DNA from: Desulfobulbus propionicus DSM 2032
Lineage (GTDB): Bacteria; Desulfobacterota; Desulfobulbia; Desulfobulbales; Desulfobulbaceae
DNA length: 32,000 bases
Assembly: GCF_000186885.1 (NCBI RefSeq)
Contig: NC_014972.1
Location: forward strand, 2,310,001 to 2,342,000
Reading direction: 5' to 3'
Part shown: positions 20,793 to 29,203 of the stretch, in pieces
How positions within the stretch are numbered: the stretch's first letter is position 1
How the letters are laid out: the number at the start of each line of letters is the position of its first letter
The notes under the pieces: model-generated
The model's input: only the letters and a program-made list of their open reading frames with translations
What the model was told of the DNA's origin: nothing
The model's database searches: none
Position numbers and translations under genes: made by a program

Positions 20793-21804
20793 CCCCCCTC
20801 CCCTCGCCGTTGCGGAAATGATCAAACCCTCCATAGGTGACGGCCCGCTCCTCGGTGCGACCGTCCGGGAGTTGGCGCAGCAGGAGAACCCCTTCGCCAT
20901 GGACGATGGTGCCGACCGAAGCCAGGGCAAGCCCGCATTGTTCGCCGATTACCCGCAGGGAGTTCTCGGATTCCGGCGCGGCGGTGAAAAGCAATTCATA
21001 ATCCTCACCGCCGCCAATCATCCATTGGAGGGTATCGGCATGGCACAACCTCGCAGCCTCGTCTAAGGGAGCTATACCGGGCAGGGCCGACGAAGTCAGC
21101 CGTGCCCCCACCCCGGACCGCTTGCACAGGTGGGCGAGATCGGTGGCCAACCCATCAGAGAGATCCATCATCGCGTGCGCCAGCCCGGTTTTACCCAGCC
21201 GTTCCCCGAGCTCTACCCGGGCCCTGGGGTTCAGATGCTTCTCGTATAACGGACCAAAATCCTCCCGATCGATCATTCCCCGGTGGAGCAATTCCAGGCC
21301 GGCGGCAGCCAACCCGAGCGGGCCGCTGACCCAGATGACATCACCCGGCCTGGCACCGCTGCGATAGACCACCTGATCCACCGCTGCCTCGCCAATAACG
21401 GTCAGGCAGAAATTAAGCCCCTGCGGGCTGGCCACGGTATCGCCGCCAATGAGCAGGCAGCCGTATTCCCGGCAGGCATCATTCAGCCCCTGGGCAAACG
21501 CTTTGAACCAAGATTCGTCGAAACCGGGCGGCATGCCAACCGACAGCAGAACAAAAAGCGGCTTTCCCCCCATGGCACCGATATCGCTGACATTGACGGA
21601 AACTGCCTTGCGGCCCAGTTTTTCCGGCGGGTGAAAGGCGCAGTCAAAGTGGACCGATTCGATCAGGGTGTCCATGGTCAGCAGCCAGACTTCGTGATCA
21701 TTCTTGGCAATCACCGCGCAGTCGTCACCGATCCCTTGAATCAATCGTCCATCCATGGGGCCGACAAGTGTAGTGATGTATTCGATGAGTTGGCGTTCGT
21801 TCAC
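20770..21804 (-). CDS. thiL: Thiamine-monophosphate kinase
   Basis: Track ORF 20770..21855 starts at GTG. The start is set at GTG 21804..21802 (VNERQLIEYITTLVG), which forms a GTGA overlap with the ptsI stop (21803..21801). This gives the usual ~24 residues before GIGDDCAV. Other motifs: DTLIESVHF, GRKAVSVNVSDIGAMGG, LIGGDT, GGGEDYELLFT. Confidence 0.88.
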   Translation of the reverse strand: MNERQLIEYITTLVGPMDGRLIQGIGDDCAVIAKNDHEVWLLTMDTLIESVHFDCAFHPPEKLGRKAVSVNVSDIGAMGGKPLFVLLSVGMPPGFDESWFKAFAQGLNDACREYGCLLIGGDTVASPQGLNFCLTVIGEAAVDQVVYRSGARPGDVIWVSGPLGLAAAGLELLHRGMIDREDFGPLYEKHLNPRARVELGERLGKTGLAHAMMDLSDGLATDLAHLCKRSGVGARLTSSALPGIAPLDEAARLCHADTLQWMIGGGEDYELLFTAAPESENSLRVIGEQCGLALASVGTIVHGEGVLLLRQLPDGRTEERAVTYGGFDHFRNGEGRGDGGRRAV

Positions 21805-23594
21805 GATTGATAAAAATCTCTTGGATAAAAACGTTGAAAGAAATCGGTCACACACGCACGCACCTCGCCACTGTCCGCGCAGTGGAGGACCTCTTGGGCC
21901 AATAAGTGCAGCTCTCCGCTGTGGGAATGCCGTAACAACCGTTTGATCCAGGGAATAACCGCAGGGCGCATCGACAGCTCATCCAGCTCAAACCCTATCA
22001 ACAGCGGGGCACAAAGAGGGTCACCGGCCATCTCGCCGCAGAGCGACACGGGAATGGCGCGGGCATGGCCGGCGTCGACCGTCTGTCGGATCATCCGCAG
22101 CACCGCGGGATGAAAGGGGTCGTACAAATGAGCCACATACTGATTGCCGCGGTCAATGGCCAGGGAATACTGGATCAGGTCGTTGGTGCCGATGGCAAAA
22201 AAATCCACTTCCATGGCAAGGACATCGCTCATGATCACGGCACTGGGAACTTCGATCAACACCCCGATTTCAAGGTCCTGGTCAAAAGGGATTCCTTCGG
22301 CCGCCAATGCATTCATCGAGTCGTGGATCATCTCCTTTGCCTGGCGCAGTTCCTGCAAGGTTGACACGAGAGGCAGCAAAACGCGCAACCGGCCATGGAC
22401 CGAGGCCCGGAGCAGCGCTCGCACTTGACAGCGAAAAATCTCCCGCTCGTACAGGGAAAAACGAATCGAACGCAGACCGAGAGCCGGATTGCGTTCCCGA
22501 TCGAGCCACGCCTTGTTGCCGGGAAAACGGGCAAGGATCTTATCGCCGCCTACATCGAGGGTGCGGATGGTCACCGGATGCGGGGCCATAGTTGCCAGGA
22601 GGCGGGAATACGTAGCCAGTTGCGCCTCTTCCGTCGGTGGCCGGATCCCTTGAAAAAAATCGAATTCGCTGCGAAACAGCCCTATTCCCTCCGATCCGTA
22701 GCGAAGCACGGCAGAGAGTTCCTCCAGCATCTCGATATTGGCGCTCAAGCGAACGGGACACCCATCCTTGGTTTCCGAGGTCAGATGCACATAGCGGTCC
22801 AGCCCCTCGGCCACGGCGCGATAGTGCTGATCGTTCTCCTGCAGTCGAATAATTTCATTAGGTTGGGGATGAACGACCACCTGGCCCGTTCCGCCGTCGA
22901 GGATAATCGGCTCGCCGGTGTGCAGGATGGAGGTCGCATGCTCCAGGCCGACCACCGCCGGTATATTGAGAGATCGAGCGACGATGGCGGTATGGGAGAT
23001 TGTCCCCCCTTTTTCCGTTATGAAACCAAGAACATTGGCCGACTGCAGTCGCAGGGCATCCTCTGGCGAGAGATCATTGGCAACCAGGATGGTGGGCTGG
23101 TCTGCTGTCTTGCCCTTGGGCGCATATTCCCGGCCGGTAAGCAGACCGAATACCCGATCGGCCACATGCTTGATATCGGCATATCGGTCGCGAATATAGG
23201 GATCGTCAATCAGGGCGAACCGCTCCTTGATTTCGTTCAGGGTCTGGGTCAACGCCCATTCCGCATTGACCTTGTTTTCCCGGATAATGGCCGCGGTGCG
23301 TTCGACAAACATCCGGTCTTGGAGCATCAGCAAATGGGAATCGATGATCGACAAGGCATCATCCATGTGGTCAGCCAACTGCTGCCGCAACTGGATGAGT
23401 TCCTCCCGGGCGGCAGAGATGGCCTGGAAAAAACGTTGGATCTCCGATGCAAGGTGCTCGGCCGGCAGGTGGCACCAACCAGCTCGCCACGTCTGCCGTT
23501 TGACGACAACGACCGTGGCGACCACAATACCGGGCGACACACCAATGCCCTGTAAGACGCGGGAAGTTGTCGACCTGCTTTTCGTATTCTCCAT
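21801..23594 (-). CDS. ptsI: Phosphoenolpyruvate-protein phosphotransferase (PTS Enzyme I)
   Basis: 597-aa ORF with the active-site His context EKGGTISHTAIVARSLNIPAVVG and C-terminal barrel motifs FFAIGTNDLIQYSLAIDRGN and SLCGEMAGDP. Confidence 0.93.
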   Translation of the reverse strand: MENTKSRSTTSRVLQGIGVSPGIVVATVVVVKRQTWRAGWCHLPAEHLASEIQRFFQAISAAREELIQLRQQLADHMDDALSIIDSHLLMLQDRMFVERTAAIIRENKVNAEWALTQTLNEIKERFALIDDPYIRDRYADIKHVADRVFGLLTGREYAPKGKTADQPTILVANDLSPEDALRLQSANVLGFITEKGGTISHTAIVARSLNIPAVVGLEHATSILHTGEPIILDGGTGQVVVHPQPNEIIRLQENDQHYRAVAEGLDRYVHLTSETKDGCPVRLSANIEMLEELSAVLRYGSEGIGLFRSEFDFFQGIRPPTEEAQLATYSRLLATMAPHPVTIRTLDVGGDKILARFPGNKAWLDRERNPALGLRSIRFSLYEREIFRCQVRALLRASVHGRLRVLLPLVSTLQELRQAKEMIHDSMNALAAEGIPFDQDLEIGVLIEVPSAVIMSDVLAMEVDFFAIGTNDLIQYSLAIDRGNQYVAHLYDPFHPAVLRMIRQTVDAGHARAIPVSLCGEMAGDPLCAPLLIGFELDELSMRPAVIPWIKRLLRHSHSGELHLLAQEVLHCADSGEVRACVTDFFQRFYPRDFYQS

Positions 23595-23603
23595 GCCTGT
23601 TTA

Positions 23604-23873
23604 TCAGGAATCATCCTGGCTAGTAAGCAGCACAAGGGCAGCCTGCAACGCCCCTTCAGCCCTGTCGCCATCGGCACGCAAGGTCAGGTTCGTTCCCTCG
23701 ACCAGGGCAAGGGCCAGAACATCGAGGATTGAAGAACAATCAACCGTTTCATCTGCTCGGCTGATGGACAGCACCACACCGAATTCCGCCGCAATTCCCG
23801 CCAGCCGGGTGGCCACCCGGCTGTGCACCCCGCGCCGATTGCCGACAACAAGGTCGCACGCACAGGTCTTCAC
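23604..23873 (-). CDS. ptsH: HPr-family phosphocarrier protein
   Basis: 89-aa ORF with a GTG start. His15-like site GNRRGVHSRVATRLA and a Ser46-like region DCSSILDVLALAL. It ends 9 nt upstream of ptsI, and its GTG overlaps the upstream gene stop as GTGA. Confidence 0.85.
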   Translation of the reverse strand: MKTCACDLVVGNRRGVHSRVATRLAGIAAEFGVVLSISRADETVDCSSILDVLALALVEGTNLTLRADGDRAEGALQAALVLLTSQDDS

Positions 23874-24250
23874 TTGACAATCCGCAAACCCGGTTTTCGC
23901 GGCCCTTGTTGTTGCCCTTTTCGTCGCGCCGTTGGATCAATTGCCTCGCTCGCGGGCGGGTCAAACCGAACCGCCTTGATAAATCTTCCCTCACCGCCCA
24001 TGGTGAAGGTTTCCTGGCCGGTGAACTGGGGCGTGCGCAGGGTCCAAATCACCGTCTGCACCGGAATGGACAACAGGTGCAGGGTCACATGCCACCATTC
24101 CTCCTTGCGGGTCTGATCGCGTTCGATATCGCCCACTAATGCGTACACGAGCATCTGCGGTGATTTTGCAGCAATAAGAACAATATCGCCCACGGTGGTG
24201 GTTTCTTTGAAGGACACAATTTTTTTGAGCTCAGCAACCAACTGTTCCAT
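23870..24250 (-). CDS. Hypothetical 126-aa protein with a basic C-terminal tail, coupled to ptsH
   Basis: ATG-initiated ORF (MEQLVAELKKIVSFKETTTVGDIV...) whose stop TGA (23872..23870) overlaps the ptsH GTG (23873..23871). No family recognised. Support is positional (operon context and overlap) only. Confidence 0.55.
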   Translation of the reverse strand: MEQLVAELKKIVSFKETTTVGDIVLIAAKSPQMLVYALVGDIERDQTRKEEWWHVTLHLLSIPVQTVIWTLRTPQFTGQETFTMGGEGRFIKAVRFDPPASEAIDPTARRKGQQQGPRKPGLRIVK

Positions 24251-24282
24251 GAATAATTCCGAAAAATGAAAAAACTCTTGAT

Positions 24283-24301
24283 CCGTGTTCGGTGAACGCG
24301 G
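24283..24301 (-). terminator. Weak hairpin between the 550-aa unknown gene and the hyp/ptsH operon
   Basis: The minus strand reads CCGCGTTC-ACC-GAACACGG (8 bp including one G-U pair), followed 8 nt later by TTTTTTCATTTTT (complement of 24261-24276). The gap before the U-run and the short stem make this doubtful. Confidence 0.25.
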
Positions 24302-24312
24302 ATGTTTTGTGG

Positions 24313-25965
24313 TCAGTGGCGCATCGTATATTCGATCTCCAGCGCCAGTTCATCCTCGTGGGCGTAGCTGCGGAGGCGGCTGGTTTCAATTGACTCCATC
24401 CGCTTTAAGGCGGGAAGCACAATCTGTTGAATCAGCACTCTGGTCTCCGGCGTCAGGATGTCTGTCTTTCCCCCGTTGCCCTTGGCCAGGAGGGTCAACA
24501 AAGGAAGCAATCGTTGCACGATCTGGCCTGTTCGTAGAAAAAGAATAACATTGCTCCCTTCCCTGACAGTGTCCCGCGCAGCCTGATCAGATTGGACGAT
24601 ATATCGATGCACTTGTTCGATCAGGTCAACACGGTCGGCGAAAACGAGCATGTTTCCCATGAGAGAATAGGCCGGTTGCAGCAACCCGCCGGCGAGAATG
24701 ACGGAGACAATTTCCGCTTTCTCGCTGACCACGGTTACCGCTTGAAGATCGGCAAGCATCTTCCTGAGCAATGCCTCAACCCGGCCACGGTCACGCACCT
24801 CAATGGCCACACAAGCCATGGAGCGAGGCGATTGATGAGCCTCCTGCTGTCTCGTTATGAATACCCCGAATTCGCTGCCGAATACATCAAAAAACGTTTG
24901 CGTGGTTTGTTCGGTGGCGTGCGCGAGGTAGGTGGAAAAATTGGCCAGGAGGGAGGTGACCTCGGGTGTCCCCGTGTTTTGTACTAACTCCCAGAACGAT
25001 TGCAGATTGAACCAGTTGGTCCAAAAGAGAAACTCTGTCTCTGGAGAAATGTATTGAAACCATCGTCTCTCCACAGGGAACGTCATATGATATCGGTTGG
25101 TTAACGCAGACAAACGTTCCTGATCGATCAGAGCCAGCGCGCCAAACCGTCCTTTTCCGCCGTCGTGCTGGTGAAAGAGAGCAATCTGTTGCAGAGGGCT
25201 TTCTTCTCCGTCTTTACCTAAATAAGGAAAGGGAGATAGAACCTGGAAATTGGCGAAGAGAAAGGGATCGGCCTTGGCCCCGGCAAATGTTTTCAACCGA
25301 TGATACCGTTGATTGACCCGTAATCCGGTCTGATTCTGCACCATGTGCTGCAAGGATTGATTGATGCATCGTTGCACCGACCGTGCCGTCAAAGAGGCGA
25401 TCAATATCTGGCGGGTCAGGCAGTACGATACTGCAATTCCGTGGTCAAATTGAAGTGTGACCAGACGTTGCCGTTGGTAGGTCGAAACCGAGGTTGACCG
25501 GACCGGGCCGAAAGAATCCTCAAACCATTGCAGCGGTACAGTTTCCTTGGGCACCCGGACGAGGACGACCAAATTATGGGCCATCGATTCGTTGGACAAT
25601 CGTGTTTGCGATGGATCTGGCAACAAGGCAACAGCGGCTTTGCGGGTGAACAGTTGCGCGAACAGAGGCACCTTGGTGACCTGCTCAATGGAGGCGCCAA
25701 AGGTGGACAGTTGGCGGGTAAATGATTCCGGTAGCCCCTGCCTGGAAAGCAAGGATACCAGGTCGAAACGACGCAGCTGCTCCCCGACCAGGCTCTGACG
25801 CCATTGGCCCCAAGTGTGGGCCAGGTTGTCACCCTCGAGCACGATAGCGGTTTCTGCAGGGAGAAAATCGACCAATTCGGGAGTCGGCGGACGTTGGCGG
25901 GTAAGCCAATACCCGCTCAGCCCCACAACGAGGCAACTAGCCATCAGCGCTAACAATCGTTTCAT
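24313..25965 (-). CDS. Membrane-anchored/exported protein of unknown function (~550 aa; size and layout reminiscent of DUF3352-type proteins, unverified)
   Basis: Track ORF 24313..26025 trimmed to ATG 25965 (MKRLLALMASCLVVGLSGYW, signal-anchor-like). It overlaps the hybrid kinase 3' end by 29 nt. No catalytic motifs recognised. Confidence 0.65.
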   Translation of the reverse strand: MKRLLALMASCLVVGLSGYWLTRQRPPTPELVDFLPAETAIVLEGDNLAHTWGQWRQSLVGEQLRRFDLVSLLSRQGLPESFTRQLSTFGASIEQVTKVPLFAQLFTRKAAVALLPDPSQTRLSNESMAHNLVVLVRVPKETVPLQWFEDSFGPVRSTSVSTYQRQRLVTLQFDHGIAVSYCLTRQILIASLTARSVQRCINQSLQHMVQNQTGLRVNQRYHRLKTFAGAKADPFLFANFQVLSPFPYLGKDGEESPLQQIALFHQHDGGKGRFGALALIDQERLSALTNRYHMTFPVERRWFQYISPETEFLFWTNWFNLQSFWELVQNTGTPEVTSLLANFSTYLAHATEQTTQTFFDVFGSEFGVFITRQQEAHQSPRSMACVAIEVRDRGRVEALLRKMLADLQAVTVVSEKAEIVSVILAGGLLQPAYSLMGNMLVFADRVDLIEQVHRYIVQSDQAARDTVREGSNVILFLRTGQIVQRLLPLLTLLAKGNGGKTDILTPETRVLIQQIVLPALKRMESIETSRLRSYAHEDELALEIEYTMRH

Positions 25966-28639
25966 GTTTGCCCAGCCTGTGCTTCGGGGGGTCCGGCACT
26001 CTCGTTGGCTGCAGATATTTTTCAATTATTTTCAAAACGCTGGAACCATCAATCGGCTTGGACACATAGTCATCCATGCCCGAAGAAAGACACTTTTGCC
26101 GGTCACTGGGCATGGCATGGGCGGTCATGGCAATGATGGGGATATGCTGATTGTCGCCTTCTGCCTCGCGGATTCGCGCAACCGCTTCATATCCGTCCAT
26201 TTCAGGCATCTGGATATCCATGAGAATACAATCAAAAAGGCCGCCACGCCAGGCATCCACAGCTTTTCGCCCGTTTTCCACCACGGTCACCTGATATCCG
26301 GCCTGTCGCAGAAGGGTTCGAATCAAAATTTTGTTGATATATTCATCCTCGGCCACCAGAATTCGTTGCCCGTGGTTTGATAGAGGCATTTGTTCATCAG
26401 ATGGCGAGGAAGGTTCTCTGCTTGGCTTCTGACTTTGCTCGATATCGGGGACAGTGATCGGCAAGGTAAAAGAGAATCGAGTTCCCTTGGCCAGTTCACT
26501 TTCAAACCAAATTCTCCCTCCCATGAGTTCCACTAGCCCCTTGGAAATGGATAGACCGAGTCCTGTGCCGCCAAAACGGCGGGAATGGGAGGAATCGGCT
26601 TGGGAAAAGGATTCGAACACTTTGTCATAGTAGGTGGGAGCGATCCCTATACCGGTATCGGCTACCTCAAACAAAAGCATATCGCCATTGGCAAAGGAAT
26701 TTGGGGACGGTTGGTTCGACACGGTAAGGGTAATCTGTCCTTTGCGTGTAAATTTGAGACTGTTATCGATCAGATTGGTGAGCACTTGCATAATCTTGGT
26801 TTGATCGCCAACCAGCATGTCCGGAACATTCGGAGCAACAATCAAGTGGAGTCGAAGATTTTTACGTTGCGCTGTCGGTTCCATGGGCTGGATCACTTCA
26901 TTGAGCAGATTACGCAAAGAAAACAACCGCTGCTCGAGTTCGAAACGGCCAGCCTCCAACTTGGAAAAATCAAGAATATCATTGATAATAATCATGAGCC
27001 GGATGGCGGATCGATGAATCAACTCCAATTGCTGCCGCTGAAGATCAGGTAAGTCCTCCCGCAACAAAATATTGGACAAGCCTATAATGCCATTCATAGG
27101 AGTGCGTATCTCGTGACTCATGTTGGCCAAAAATTCGCTTTTGGCTATGCTGGCGGTTTCGGCCGCTTCCCTAGCATGATAGAGTTCTTTTTCCACCGCC
27201 TTTCGTCGTGAAATATCTTCGATAACCCAAACTGTCCCTTTGGCGAGATCCTGGGGAGAAATAGCTTTACCGCTCAAGGTGCAAGGAATGAGGGAGCCGT
27301 CTTTCTTCTTGAGTTGGTATTCGATCTGCTCGACGTCTCCTTCTGCAAGCAAGTGAAGGTGTTCCCGGACAAAATGGCGAAAGGATTGTCGATCTGAAAA
27401 AAATTGCCGGATGTCTCCTGAAAGGATTTCTTCCCGAGAGTAACCGAAAATATCAGACATCCGTTTGTTTACATTGATAATTTTTCCCATGCGAACCAGG
27501 ATGATGCCAACTAGACTGGCACTGAAAATGGTTTCCAATTCCAATACAGAAACCCGTCTGGCGGATTCCGCCCGGTCACTTGCCTCCTGGCCCGCCAACA
27601 CTTGACTGGTCAGTTCCTGTTCCTTATGCGAATGGAGAACAATACTACCAGTCAGGATTCCCAACGACAGAACAATGCTATTGAGTACAAGAACAATTGC
27701 CCAAGGAAAAGGGGCGGGGACAAGAGTTGCTATGGACCAACCACTGTTGGAAAGCGGCAGAAGATCAACTGAATAACGAAGATTATTGCGATGAATAATA
27801 GGAGCTTGAAGGGAAAAAGGCAGTGAGGATAAAGAATGGTCACCAAATTGACGACCATCCTTAATTTCTTGCAACCGTTCTGGAGCTATTTTCCAAGCTG
27901 CTTTAAAGTTCCATTCATTTTTGGTTGAAGCAAAAACAATACCGTCGTTTGAAACAAGGAGCGCGTCAAAAGTATCTTTGATATGGGAAAAAAAGATATC
28001 GGCAGAGGTATCGGATGTTTTAATTACAACAACGCCGATTGGTTTTCCATGACTCGTTGTATAAATCGGTGCACCAAAATAGAACCCTCTTCGTTTGGTG
28101 GTCACGCCGACAGCAGGATAAAAAGTGGGATTACCGGCCAACGCATGAAAAAAATAGGGACGAAATGGGTATTCATTACCGGTGAGACTCGGTTCATCAA
28201 CATTCGCGGAACTACCAATCACAGTCCCTTCATGGTTCATGACATAGACTAGGGCAGCATTGAGTACCCCTTGGGCCGTATTCAAGACGCGGAGCAAGTT
28301 GCTGTTGTCACTATCTGTCTTTCCGACACAAACATCAATTATTTCTGAATACTTGGCTAACTCAAGGGCGGCGTTGGTATAGTTGGCTATGATATAGTTC
28401 TTCAGTTCTGCAGCCAGGTTAGTTGTTATGGGATGCTGTTCTTTCTTATACCGGAAAAGGATGTATTGATCGCTGCCAAGACTCACCAGGGCGAGACACA
28501 GCAAGGTAAATGCACCGATACAAACGAGTCGTCGCCGCACAGTGCCCAATGATTGATAAAAACCGCGGGAAGAAAAGGATTTACTGTTCTCAGGTGTTTC
28601 AATACTCAACGGATCGAACTCCAAGGGGCAAATGGTCAC
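25937..28639 (-). CDS. Hybrid sensor histidine kinase/response regulator (periplasmic Cache-like domain, TM, PAS, HisKA, HATPase_c, REC)
   Basis: 900-aa ORF starting at GTG 28639; there is no in-frame ATG before TM1, so the start is uncertain. TM1 is LVCIGAFTLLCLALVSLG. A ~270-aa extracytoplasmic region has a Cache-like pattern (RPYFFHAL, GAPIYT, GVVVIK). Then TM2 and PAS, H-box FLANMSHEIRTPMNGIIG, N-box LTNLIDNSLKFT, G1 DTGIGI, G2 GGTGLGLSISK, and REC RILVAEDEYIN...DCILMDIQMPEMDG...DDYVSKP. Confidence 0.9.
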   Translation of the reverse strand: MTICPLEFDPLSIETPENSKSFSSRGFYQSLGTVRRRLVCIGAFTLLCLALVSLGSDQYILFRYKKEQHPITTNLAAELKNYIIANYTNAALELAKYSEIIDVCVGKTDSDNSNLLRVLNTAQGVLNAALVYVMNHEGTVIGSSANVDEPSLTGNEYPFRPYFFHALAGNPTFYPAVGVTTKRRGFYFGAPIYTTSHGKPIGVVVIKTSDTSADIFFSHIKDTFDALLVSNDGIVFASTKNEWNFKAAWKIAPERLQEIKDGRQFGDHSLSSLPFSLQAPIIHRNNLRYSVDLLPLSNSGWSIATLVPAPFPWAIVLVLNSIVLSLGILTGSIVLHSHKEQELTSQVLAGQEASDRAESARRVSVLELETIFSASLVGIILVRMGKIINVNKRMSDIFGYSREEILSGDIRQFFSDRQSFRHFVREHLHLLAEGDVEQIEYQLKKKDGSLIPCTLSGKAISPQDLAKGTVWVIEDISRRKAVEKELYHAREAAETASIAKSEFLANMSHEIRTPMNGIIGLSNILLREDLPDLQRQQLELIHRSAIRLMIIINDILDFSKLEAGRFELEQRLFSLRNLLNEVIQPMEPTAQRKNLRLHLIVAPNVPDMLVGDQTKIMQVLTNLIDNSLKFTRKGQITLTVSNQPSPNSFANGDMLLFEVADTGIGIAPTYYDKVFESFSQADSSHSRRFGGTGLGLSISKGLVELMGGRIWFESELAKGTRFSFTLPITVPDIEQSQKPSREPSSPSDEQMPLSNHGQRILVAEDEYINKILIRTLLRQAGYQVTVVENGRKAVDAWRGGLFDCILMDIQMPEMDGYEAVARIREAEGDNQHIPIIAMTAHAMPSDRQKCLSSGMDDYVSKPIDGSSVLKIIEKYLQPTRVPDPPKHRLGKHETIVSADG

Positions 28640-28790
28640 GTGGCATGTTCAACAAAGTGAACACGCCAATCATTTCCTGTTCATTTGCGTTCGTTGTTCG
28701 GGGAAATCGGCCAAAGAGGTGTAAGCGAATATATTTTTCGTTCAGTTTCGACAATCTGTCAACAACTGATCGTAGCAAACAGGTGAGGAG

Positions 28791-28825
28791 TGTCTTGGTT
28801 CAACAGGAATAGGACAATCCTGCCG
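28791..28825 (+). repeat. IS left inverted repeat (IRL)
   Basis: TGTCTTGGTTCAACAGGAATAGGACAATCCTGCCG aligns ungapped with the reverse complement of 30183..30217, 23/35 identical. Confidence 0.55.
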
Positions 28826-28859
28826 TTTATGATAAACCATCATGAACGGAGGGAAGTCC

Positions 28860-29168
28860 ATGCGAAAGAAGCGTCACAACTACAGCCCTGAAGAGAAGGT
28901 CTTTATCCTGAAACGGCACTTGGTTGGCCGAGAGGCGGTTTCGGATTTGTGCGACGAATACCAATTGCAGCCGAAGATTTTTTACGATTGGCAGAAGCAG
29001 TTCTTTGAAAAAGGGGCTTCAGCGTTTGCCCGTGAAGGAAAGAGCAAACAGCAGGCGGAGGAGAAGCGCATTCGTGAGCTTGAGGAGAAATTGCGCCGGA
29101 AACATGAAGTGCTTTCGGAACTGCTGGAGGAGCATATCCAGTTAAAAAAAGAACTTGGGGAGCTCTGA
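28860..29168 (+). CDS. IS3-family transposase OrfA (HTH DNA-binding / leucine-zipper part)
   Basis: Track ORF 28842..29168. ATG 28860 is preferred because GGAGGG (28848-28853) lies 6 nt upstream. Sequence MRKKRHNYSPEEKVFILKRHL...IFYDWQKQF, followed by a coiled-coil EEKRIRELEEKLRRKHEVLSELLEE. Confidence 0.85.
   Translation: MRKKRHNYSPEEKVFILKRHLVGREAVSDLCDEYQLQPKIFYDWQKQFFEKGASAFAREGKSKQQAEEKRIRELEEKLRRKHEVLSELLEEHIQLKKELGEL
29144..29150 (+). other. Programmed -1 ribosomal frameshift site (A AAA AAA) joining orfA to orfB
   Basis: Seven consecutive A residues are read as TTA AAA AAA GAA in the orfA frame. Slipping -1 gives an open frame from 29150 (RTWGALNGGWVPHDTRDAVVDFSRRW...) that is continuous with orfB. 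This is the typical IS3-family arrangement. Confidence 0.7.
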
Positions 29169-29203
29169 ATGGCGGTTGGGTTCCCCATGACACCCGCGAT
29201 GCC

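Noticed and set aside
20793-20930. 46-codon N-terminal extension of the dikinase ORF into thiL
   Set aside because: It would overlap the thiL 3' end by about 160 nt. ATG 20792 has a strong G-rich SD directly upstream and needs only a 23-nt overlap.
28728-28762. Perfect TTGACA -35 hexamer (minus strand) plus TATATT upstream of the hybrid kinase
   Set aside because: The spacer between the two hexamers is 23 nt, too long for a sigma70 promoter. Hexamers at 17-19 nt spacing (GAAAAA, AAAAAT, AAAATA) are poor. It is kept only as a remark in the IS finding.
28767-28772. TGATCG at the left IS flank, matched by CGATCA at 30224-30229, as alternative IS termini
   Set aside because: Extending the alignment inward from these hexamers puts the conserved GGACAATCYTGCCG core 12 nt out of register. 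The TGT-initiated 35-bp repeats align without gaps.
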